64,000 bases of DNA from NCBI RefSeq assembly GCF_964204645.1, contig NC_134035.1, positions 5,890,001 through 5,954,000 on the forward strand, read 5' to 3'. Positions 12,601-24,600 of the stretch are shown here, piece by piece. Made by a program: the position numbers and the translations under genes. Every line of letters starts with the position of its first letter. Within the stretch, counting starts at the first letter, position 1. The notes under the pieces are model-generated. The model saw only the letters and a list, made by a program, of their open reading frames with translations. It ran no database searches and was not told the DNA's origin. Source of the DNA: Tubulanus polymorphus. Taxonomy: Eukaryota > Animalia > Nemertea.

Positions 12601-15600
12601 TCATCTATGATTGTGGCAAGTTTTAAGGCCATTAGTTATTCTATATGGTCACCAGGGGGTGTTGAATAGTAGAATAACTTAGTATTTCCTTATTATATTG
12701 GTACCTAGGCATATTTTGTTACCATGATCAATTACAAAGTTATAGTTCGTGACATGTTCTATGATTGTGGTGAGTTTCAAGGTCATTGGATTCTGTATAT
12801 GGTCACCAGGGGGTGTTGAATATTGAAATTGTTAGATTGTTGAGCACTTCCCAAGTGGGCATGGTGTCCCTGGACCCCTAGTTAACGATAGATTCTGTAA
12901 ATTCGACCAACTATATGTGTACTTTTGGGTTTGTAAAAGGGACAGGCAAAATCAAATCACTCAAATAAAGAGGCAAAATCATCCTAATTTCAAGAGCTAG
13001 TACCTATTTTCTAACACGTGTTTCAGGCTGGGTATATTTATAGTAAAGCGATGCCTCAGTTCGTTCTTACGACTTTGAACAGTCCGGTGAACGTGCAGCT
13101 TCCGTCTGGTGTCGGTGTCCACGGTTACGGCGTTACATTATGTAAGAAATTCCCGGGAAGTCCTCATCAGATTTGGAGATTTACGGGTGACGGACAGCTA
13201 GTGGCTGAGGTATGTATAACTCAAATATCTAAGTCAAAAATATTTCAGCAAAATATAGTTTTATACATTATTTACTATTTTTAGCATTAGGCATAGATTA
13301 TATACATGTATATTTACTTAGATTATATAAATTAGTGAATATTTTTTCATCCATTTTTTCGAAATTTTCCCTTAATCGCTAAATTCACGCTTTCCGTATG
13401 TAGGTTACGTATATTGTATATTGTACGCGCGAAAATTCACTATTTTCAATCCATTTTCCGCATCAGTTTGGAGTTTATTGTAGTTCAGAAACGCTGTATC
13501 ATTTGCTTTTGATAATTTATTTTATGAATTTTTATCTAATATTCACCTACAGAACCCAAACCCTGATGAGGTAGGCTCCATTACACGTTTATATACTCTC
13601 TCACTGTCTCGCCGCACCGCACTAATGCACTACTAGGGTGGCCACTGACCTGGAAAACTCAGGGAATCAGAAAAGTCTAGAAAAAAATCCGGAAAAACAC
13701 AGTGAATTTGACAAATTTTACCAAAAACCTGGAAAATTCCAATGAAAAATGATTGAATTGTAACATTTTAAACCTAGAAAGTTCTCCGATTCACTCAGGG
13801 AAGTTTGTGTTATCACATGGAAAAATCAGGGAAAATTCACAGAATTCGACAAATTTTGCAAAAAAAAACAACCTGGAAAACTCAGGGAATTTGGATTGTT
13901 ATTGCTCACGCTTTTCTTTATCAGTACGTGATTCAATGAAAAATGAATGAACTGTAACATTTCAAAGATTTACTCAGGAAATTTTGTGTAATCGTATGGA
14001 AAAGTCGGGGAAAAATGTAAATGGGTGGAAAGTGGTGCCACCCTGGTACAGTGAACTACACTTACAAATGAATATCATATCTGCCAGAACTACGTATAAG
14101 CGTGCATGCGTTCAAATTATGTCTACTGGTAACTAATTATTCCTAATTGCATCTAGCGTGAATTTAATCATATTTGTTCAGTTTGTTATAACAAGGTTTT
14201 ATCTGAATAACACATAACGATGATTTCTACGTGAAAATGAAGTCTCAGTCTTGCATGTTCTCTCTATTTCAATACGTCGTATTTCAAATATATAAAACTT
14301 TCAGTTTGAGTACCGTTGAATGTTGTAAGTATCTGGAAAACGTTTGTTCCTTGGTTAATCAGTTCTTTCATTGGTTCTATTTCATTTTGCCACCTTAAGT
14401 CATTGGTGAGTCAACCTTGCATCACTTTTATCGTGAAGTGAAAAGGTTTTGATGTGTGTTTCTTCTTTTTTATGGTCAATTCTCCATTTTAGTTTGTTTG
14501 CAGAGAAATTTTGAAATTTTGCATGTTGTTCAATGGAAAATAGATATACTAGATAATAGATGTACACTCACCACCACACATGTACATCCAGACCCCTGCA
14601 CATAAATCTCAGACTGTTATTACCAGACTGTTATAACCAGAATTGTTCTGTCAGAAAAAAGGACTTGATATTGATAACATTTTCTTTATCTATAGTGTAT
14701 CGGTCATTCAGTCAAGACGCACCAGTGAAATCGAAATATACATACTCGTCGTACAGACTTTAAATCTCATCTTAAAACTATTTCTTTTTTAAAGAACACT
14801 TTTACTAGGAGTTTAAATGTGTTTTATAGCTAGATTTTTATAGTAAACCTCACCGAGAGGTAGTGTAGTGCGGTCTATAAATGCCTATTATTATTACTAT
14901 TATCGGATTTATAAATCTATTTGCAGAGTAATCCAGAATTGGTGCTTACATTCCTCGGCGGCAGCGCCGACAGTGAGGATACCATTCCGAAAAACGATGT
15001 ACCAGGCTGTGCTCCCGGAAATAGATTCTTCTTAGCGGTTACTGAGAAACTACCGGTGAAGGAACAAAAATACCAAAGGTAACTATGAGTGTTGTAGCGA
15101 GACGATTTGAAATCTACGATGATAAAGTATGCGCAAAAAACCTTGTTTGGGCATCAGATCAAAAACCATTTCGTTCAATACCTCAATTGATGCGATCACT
15201 TCATATGTTTGTTTAGATGGGCAATCAAACAAGAACGATTTGACAATCTCGGACAATGGAAGCATTCACGAGTTAAAAACCCCGAATGGAATAAACTCGC
15301 GTATTCGTGGCCAGTTGATGAAGATGGGAATCTTATCGAGGTAAACAAAGACACTAGTTATATGATATCCATTACGAAAAAAAATTGTGGAAAATTCAAC
15401 AAATCTTACTGGAAATTTGCAAATTTTTGTTCGGCGCAGTGAAACAGTTAACTTACTTCTACAACTCATTGGTTCATTTATCTGCAGAATTTTGATTGGC
15501 CGATGGAAGGGTATTTCATTCCGAATGCACCTCCGATTAAACCAGTGAACTGTAAGAATAGTCAAGTCAGCACGAGTAAGTAAGAAATGGCTTTTTAATT

Positions 15601-18600
15601 CTCGCGCAAAATCATGAAGCACAATTAACGAATTGTTTCGTTTCTTCCGTTCAGTGATTCCGATGCGTTTGACGGTAATGAAAAATGGGGACCGAGATAA
15701 CTCACTAGCGATACCTATTGTCGGACCCGATTTAACCAATGTAAGTGCTTCAAGAGACCAGCCATTAATTTATGGGCGAACACATCTCAACGGCAAAATA
15801 TTGCCGTAGAAAAACTTTTTTCATAGTTTAAATCCGGGCTGAGAATAAAACCAGAAACTGTGATTCGGGAAAAAAGCACGAATCTACGGGCCAATTGGTG
15901 AAAAGTTGGTGTAAGGTAACTGGCGGATAAATAACGTAGTAACAATGAACTTTTAATTGTCAATATGTTAACTATGCACGGGTTAACTCTAACCAACTTT
16001 TCCGCAACTGACCCCAGTTTCGTGTTGAATACGATTTAACTCGTAATATTAAAACGATAAAGTTAGTTGTTTGATCGCGTTTCAGATGATGAAAGACATG
16101 CATAAAACTCACAAGAATGGTAACAAACACAAAACGAAGAAATCTCACGATAGTAACGACGATGATTCGAAAGATTCTGTATCTAACGAACAACATCTTC
16201 ACTGCGAAGGCTTAACATTACATCAACTGGAATTTATGCTGGTAAGTTCATCGGTTTTATCCGAGGCTACTGAAATAGTTAGCTACATGAAGGGTTTCGA
16301 GGATTCAAAATTTTAGCCAAATGAATATTTCAATTCATGTTACGTTGTTGATAATTCATTTGTAAAACCCAAGTTTCCTCTATTAGACATCCTCCTTCTG
16401 GAGATTTTCATATTTGCTACTATCAAGACGAATTCTAGTCATTAAGTTGACCAATCATTCCTTGATCGTGGCAGGAATTCTGGTTAGAATCTGTGCTAAG
16501 AGGACCACAAAGGGCTAGGGTAAACCTCAACAGTCCTGGGCCTAAGAATGTTGGGCCAATAAAAATGGTCAAATTTGTAATACATTACCTGTAATAAACA
16601 TTAAAACATTATTTAACATATATCAACATTATTACAACTTTCAATAATTTCATTTTACTAGGGCCAGTTGCTCAAAAGTTGCTTAGAGTTAACCAGCGGA
16701 TAGTTGACGTAGTGACAATTAAAAGTTCATTGTTACTACGGTATCTATCCGCTGGTTTGTCCTACTTTTGAGCAACTGACCCCTGAGCCTTAGAATGTTA
16801 AAAATTATTGTATTTGTTATGACACCATATGACATTGTAATGACTTTCAATGGGTTTTGTTCTTGTTCTCTTCGCCGTAAAGATACCGATACAATGTATT
16901 TGATGATTTTTTTCTGCGATGTAGTTTTTGGAGCACTGTACGTCGATGGTCGGTCTGCCATTCGCAGCTCGGAGATTGTTCGATGAAGACGGACGCGAAC
17001 ACTTCACGTTGCAGGAATTAAAACGCGATCAACTCGTTTACGTCTCGTGCGGTGAAGCGTGGACCGATCCTAAACTTACGAAAGCCGAACAACAGAGGAG
17101 ATTTCTGTTATCGAACCTCGCCGCAGATGTGGCTCAAATTCGTCAATACGTCGCTTTACGGAATCCAGAAGGTTTGTATTATTTTTTTGATAACTCTTGA
17201 TCAGCCAATTTGGGAATGGGGTATTGCATTCACTGTTCATCTTTTCAGGCGCTGGAAAAGGTGTCCATCCGTCGACAGAATTGATATCTAGTCATTTTGG
17301 GAAGATTTCAAACACGTTTTATCTTGATATATGGTTCATACCTTACCTTAGACAAGTCTGCAGCCAAAAAACTGGCCCAATCAGATTCAACAGGGTGGCC
17401 ACTGACCTGAATAACCCAAAAACTAAGGGAATCAGAAAAATCTAGAAAAAAAATCATTGAAAACTCAGGGAATTTGTATAGGCCTGTATTATGAACCATG
17501 TGTGTATTTATCAGTACGTGATTCACAGAAAAATGAATCAATTGTAACGTTTTAGACCTAGAAAATTTTACAGGAAAAACTTGGGGAATTTGTAAATGGA
17601 CGGAAAGTGTTTAAGATGGCTACTTCAAGATGGCCAACCATCAATTAAATCGTTTTTTTTTTAAATGTCTTTAGGATATGTATTGGAAGTTGAAGGTGGA
17701 CTGACTCCGTCTGCTCGAATAATAGTAAACGAACACGCCATGTCGGTCGAAGAGTACGAGGAACAGGAAGCGCGTCGTGCGGCGCTCGAGGAGCAGCGCC
17801 TCCTAGAGGCAAACGCTGAACTAGAACGCCACGAACGGGAAACGTATTTGAAGGAATTGATTGACGAAAAAAAGTACGTTCAGAATTGATAATTTTCAAA
17901 ACGAAAAACATGATAGAACTTAAAAATTTATAATTAAAAAAGATTTTGTTAGTTGTTAGTGAGAAAAATCATTTTCTTTGTGTGAGTAATTGAGCTTTAT
18001 CTGCTGCTTGTCTATTAAATTGAATATTCAATTAGACCACAACAAACAGTTTAACTATTCAGGATCATCTATAATTGATTTAAAAGTTAATCTATTTTGA
18101 AAATGACCCAAAGTCGTAACGAGTCTACATTTGGTATCCGGTCCAGAGGAGATATCTTAAATGTTCCATGATATTTGTAGATCTGCTCATGACCGCGCGC
18201 ACGCTAGATCTGATGAACGTATACAAAATCTGAAATGGCCTTGGGAACGTTTGGTCGACGAACCGGAGGCAGCGGCAGACGACCCAGATGAGATCGAAAA
18301 ACAAAAATCATTCTCCAACAAAGAACTTTACAAGAAATACAGGTTCGTTTCTGAAATATCCAAACGCCATTTGGAAATAGCAATCCGAGTATTATTTCTA
18401 TGAGTAGAATACTGGTCACTAACTCCTTTAAGTATTAGACTGAGTTGGTCATTGGAATGTTTTAAGATCAATTTGAAAAATTCAGAAAAGTTTCTAACTG
18501 CAACTAATCTTATTCATACTTAATTTTCATTCTCTACGTGTTTTAGATAACTATTTCAATTGGCTCATTTCTATTTCATACTGAAATAGAAATAAGCGCA

Positions 18601-21600
18601 CTGATTATTACAATTAGTAGGAATACATTTTAGTACGAAAATACAGTCAACCCCCAATATACCGCCCACATCGGTGCAGAACAATTTTGGCGGTATAGAT
18701 AGTATGGCCCTATGTCGGGGGTGTTTTACTTACTTTGAAGAACTAAACCTGGGTTTAACAGGGTGGCCACTGACCTGAAAACCTGGATAACAAAGAAATG
18801 AGAAAAATCTAGAAGAAATCAATGAAAACTCAGGGAATTTGATGAATCTTAAAGATTTAACTCATTATCAAGTGAGGTCTAATTATCATATCTTATCGTA
18901 TGTTATCATCTTTTCATATATTTAGATCGAAGCCAAAACAATCTCCACGTTATCCTCGTCTTCATTTGCAAAAGTTTACGTACGTCGACGGATTCATAGC
19001 GACCAGTTCGAAACCGGATCTCGTGTTGGGTTTGCAGGAATCTGAAGGTCGCGCGCCAGAGGTCGTTCTCGTTAAAAAACGTTACGACGATATTCATCAA
19101 CGCTGGCTTATCGACGGAACTGGGTACGTGAAACTGTTAACTGATCGATGCTTTCCTAGAAAATGTTAACTTCTTTCTGATTAGTAAACGTAAAGAGAAC
19201 TTAGCGCGTCAGATAGATATTAGTACAAGCTTTAGCTACTAGTGCGTAGTAGCTTCATCTGGTGAATGATTCTTATTTACCTGATGTAGCTACTATGCAC
19301 TTGTAGCAAAAGCATGTACTTTATATAAAATCTATATTTAACCTACAAAGCATTATTTGTCTTTATATTTACTGATTTGACACCAGGTTTACATGTTTCT
19401 TCCACAACTGTGAAAATGTGAAAGATCTAACTCCTTTGATTGTTGACATTTTCTTTTATATTTCGATGAAATGTGCGTGAAAACAAGTTACTAATCGCAC
19501 TTCGCAGTATTTCAACACGCCCTGTATAGCGTATGAAACCATCATTTTATATAATTCATTTCTCAACTCTTGTGTATTTTTAAGTTTGATTCGAGCGAAG
19601 CACAATTCCCGTTTTGTAATGAGTGTCAGCATGCCTACGAACATGCGTAAAGAAGATGAATCGATATCGTTGAGTTACGCCGGTTCACCCGTACTCTTAC
19701 AACAACATAAAGGCGTCCAATTCGGACGGGCGAATCAAAAGTTCTATTTCAACGCGGATACAGGAATGATTCACGCGTTCCAAACGGATATTCTTGATAA
19801 AGGTAGGCAACGCTCCGGACAAAGTTTATTTGGTTTATCTTGCTCTACACCATTTGGATATTGGTTCCATCCTGTTGGATCGTTCATTAAACCTCACGAT
19901 GACAGATCATGGCCTTTGAAGTCTTGCCCGCACACTATGTAAGCAGCCAGCAGGATTCAAACCTACTTGTCACTTAGCAAAGATATTCCTGAATGCAACG
20001 GCATCACGCCTTGAGCTACTGAAATTTGTGAACCATCGGTTAATGTTATTGGCTAAATACTTCTGCCCCCACATGATAACTCATTATTGAGGAATTCGCC
20101 CTGTATCACAGATTCATGATTACTAATATCGTCTCTGAATTTGTTCTCTGTTTCCAGAAATAACATCGGCGAATAAAGCTAATATTTGTACATTTTCTAT
20201 AACTGGAGATTTACGTATGGATCAGCCTGTAAGTACGAAACCAAGCACCGTTTACACTTACTGTTGTGTCCAGTTCAAGGAAACACATTGTCCTTTTGTC
20301 TATGAAATTTTGTAATACATTCGACAAGCATATATTGCTTATAAAAACAAGTAGTGACGAAGAGCTATTCTACGACTCGACTGATTGCAATAGTGATCTC
20401 ATATTTTCAGGGTTATCGCGTCGAGGTCGAGTCTCCGAGTAACAAGAACAAGTCGCTGCGATTGTTGGTTTGCTCGTCATGCGCTCGTGCTATGAGAGGA
20501 CGATACAAAGCGGAGAAAATCTCACGAAACGTAGATTTCGCGTGCGCCATGGGAACAGGTAAGAACCCCCCGATATTTCGACACCCATCGACAAGAGACA
20601 ATTTCACTAAGAATCTCTTTACCCCGTCCATTTATTATCTGTATTCAATCCCCACTGAGAGGCCGCTGGCCTGAAAAAGTTTGAAAACTCAGGAAACTGA
20701 GAATCTAGGAAAAACCAGGGAAAACTCGGGGAATTTGTAAATGATGGAAGTGGCCACTCTGGCCCAACTGTTGTTATAATTGAATTTTATGATAACCTTT
20801 TACGTAATTTTACATAGCTAAAGTATTTAGTTCCCACTGGGACATCACCGACAGTGAAAAATTGGAAAAACTGGAAAATTCAATGAAACTGTAAAAAAAA
20901 ACTGGGGGAAGTGATCACTTTGACCCAACTGTTGTAATGATTAAGTAATTGACAGTCAATGAATGTCATGATAACCTTTTCAATTTTGCGTAGCTAAAGT
21001 ATCTAGTTCCCACTGGGACACTACTGACAGTGAAAACTTGGAAAAGCTGGAAAATTCAAGGAAATCTAGAAAAAAACCTGGGGGGAGTGGCCACTTCGTG
21101 TTTTGATAATCAGGTTCAATTAACAGTGTTTTCAATTGTACGTAGCAAAAGAACGGAAGATCAAACAAATCGGCAGTTTTCAATGTCTGAACGGTAAAGT
21201 TGATTTATCGTCGCACGAGGCTGAACACACCCTGGACGAGTGGAATATTCAGCTCGATCGGTTGAGACAGGAGACGAGCGTAAGAGCCATCGCTCGCGAG
21301 ATATCGCAAGCTCGAATACCGCGAACTGTCAAAATACTCGTTTACAAGAACGGCGAAGGTCGAATGAAAGAAGGTCAAATCGTTTACGCTTCCAGTATCA
21401 ACGGGGTATGTTTGAAATGGTTTTCTTTTCGTAAAAAGGTTTCATTTTCAATGTGCAAAACTTAAATTCATTATCAGAGAAACGAAAAAGAGCTAATTAT
21501 TGACTACTTGAAATACAAGGGTTCGTACTACTCCTGACAACTTATTGCTAAAACTGAAAAAAAGAACTAAATTAAAGCTGGGTAATATTTCTACATCTTC

Positions 21601-24600
21601 TATTGATAATTCATATACATGTATAACAGGGGAGCCACTTACCTAGAAACTAAATCAAAGCTGGGTAATATTTCTACATCTTCTATTGATAATTCATATA
21701 CATGTATAACAGGGGAGCCACTTACCTAGAAACTAAATTAAAGCTGGGTAATATTTCTACATCTTCTATTGATAATTCATATACATGTATAACAGGGGAG
21801 CCACTTACCTAGAAACTAAATTAAAGCTGGGTAATATTTCTACATCTTCTATTGATAATTCATATACATGTATAACAGGGGAGCCACTTAGCTAGAAACT
21901 AAATTAAAGCTGGGTAATATTTCTACATCTTCTATTGATAATTCATATACATGTATAACAGGGGAGCCACTTACCTAGAAACTAAATTAAAGCTGGGTAA
22001 TATTTCTACATCTTCTATTGATAATTCATATACATGTATAACAGGGGAGCCACTTACCTAGAAACTAAATTAAAGCTGGGTAATATTTCTACATCTTCTA
22101 TTGATAATTCATATACATGTATAACAGGGGAGCCACTTACCTAGAAACTAAATTAAAGCTGGGTAATATTTCTACATCTTCTATTGATAATTCATATACA
22201 TGTATAACAGGGGAGCCACTTAGCTAGAAACTAAATTAAAGCTGGGTAATATTTCTACATCTTCTATTGATAATTCATATACGTGTATAACAGGGGAGCC
22301 ACTTACCTAGAAACTAAATTAAAGCTGGGTAATATTTCTACATCTTCTATTGATAATTCATATACATGTATAACAGGGGAGCCACTTAGCTAGAAACTAA
22401 ATTAAAGCTGGGTAATATTTCTACATCTTCTATTGATAATTCATATACATGTATAACAGGGGAGCCACTTACCTAGAAACTAAATTAAAGCTGGGTAATA
22501 TTTCTACATCTTCTATTGATAATTCATATACATGTATAACAGGGGAGCCACTTACCTAGAAACTAAATCAAAGCTGGGTAATATTTCTACATCTTCTATT
22601 GATAATTCATATACATGTATAACAGGGGAGCCACTTACCTAGAAACTAAATTAAAGCTGGGTAATATTTCTACATCTTCTATTGATAATTCATATACATG
22701 TATAACAGGGGAGCCACTTAGCTAGAAACTAAATTAAAGCTGGGTAATATTTCTACATCTTCTATTGATAATTCATATACATGTATAACAGGGGAACCAC
22801 TTACCTAGAAACTAAATCAAAGCTGGGTAATATTTCTACATCTTCTATTGATAATTCATATACATGTATAACAGGGGAGCCACTTACCTAGAAACTAAAT
22901 TAAAGCTGGGTAATATTTCTACATCTTCTATTGATAATTCATATACATGTATAACAGGGGAGCCACTTAGCTAGAAACTAAATTAAAGCTGGGTAATATT
23001 TCTACATCTTCTATTGATAATTCATATACATGTATAACAGGGGGGCCACTTACATAGAAATTACGAAGAAGTTTGGGAAATTTGTAGAAAAGCTGAAAAT
23101 CAGGGAAATATGTTGCGATTGCTAGATTGCGTAAAATCGAACAGTTTCCATATATGTTTTGCGTATTTGACTGCGTTAATTGATTGGAATCTTAGCAGAT
23201 CAAGTCAGAGAAAACAACGTGCATGTCAGGGAATAGTCGGGGTAAAAGCCAGTCAAATAAAAGTGGATAATGCATAAGTCAATATGATAAATAGAATATC
23301 GGTAATCAATTAAAATAATCAGTGATGTTTGTTTTCTAGCTGTTACAACAGGCGACTGTGAGTTTACAGTTCCGCTCGGCGGCGAGAAGAATCTACACTG
23401 AATCGGGGGCTATGATTCTCGATATCGACGACCTCATTAACTGGGCTGTCGAATCTTACATAACTGACATGAAACGAATCAAACTATCGGCGATTCGACG
23501 AGCTCGTAAAAATCAGATGGCTAAAGATACGAATAAAGAATTACCGGAAGGTGAGATAGAGAAATTCAGTTCTATTCCGTTTATTGCTGGAACTGTCGAG
23601 CGAGATATTAACAGCACTGTCATCAGATTTGGTTTATCTTGCACATGCAATTTGAAAAAGTTTTGATAGAAACTTGGTTCTCACAAAAATGTAGAAATTT
23701 ACCATTCATTAATAGAAAATATATCAGGAGCAGTGAATTCAGTATCAGGAACAGTGAATTCAGCACTATTCTAAACGACACCTAGTTCTACGGTTCTGCA
23801 CTGTTTTTATATTTTACAACTTTTTTCATTAATCTTCACTACATTCTAGGTTTGTTTATTTTTGAGCACAAGTTTTGATAATCCACCCATTTATAATAAT
23901 TCTGTATCACAGAGCTGTCGATCCCCGACCGCAATGAGCCAGAAATTGTAGCTGGAAGAAATATCTTACACCTCCTACTCTTTCTCCTAATTGACCTATT
24001 GGTCTCTGCTTGACAGCTCTGTTGATATTTTTGATAAACTATTTTAGTTTGTTAATTTATTTTTATTTATGCGCACTCTTTGCCTTGCTGCTGCTGCTGC
24101 TGCTGCTGCACATGTTCAGGTATTGATGTGGATTCTAATCAAACTAGCACAAACAGTGGCCCGGTAGAAATACGCACTCTTATGGAGAAAGTGTGCTTCT
24201 TTAATAGTAACACCAACTTGCTGAAAGGTATGATATCCGAGCAAATCGCACAATTTCATTTCTTTCATTTAACTCTTTCATTCTTAGCCGAGTCAGTGTC
24301 TAGCCGTTGTTCCTGAAACAACATCTAGAGTGAAAGCGCTCGAATAAGGTTGTGATGTTTTTGGAATGAAAGTTTGAGGAAAATATTTTAACCAATTTCC
24401 GCCGTAAACATTAACCTACACTGCTGAAGCGTGTATCAATTGATTCGTTCAAAGGGTAACGCGTAAGATTGTCTGGTTTTCAGAATGGTATTTCAGCCTC
24501 TTTAGATTCAGTTGCACCAGTAGTACAAACTATTCTTAGCTGAGGTCTTCATGTAAAGGAATAGGCATTACTCCGACCTGATTATGACTACTATTTGAGA

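Noticed and set aside
21566-23060. CRISPR-like appearance of the tandem arrays (also 3899-4258 and 61114-62245)
   Set aside because: Units are contiguous with no unique spacers, there are no cas genes, and the context is eukaryotic.
24080-24119. Poly-Cys peptide
   Set aside because: Translation of an intronic (TGC)8 tract upstream of the acceptor.
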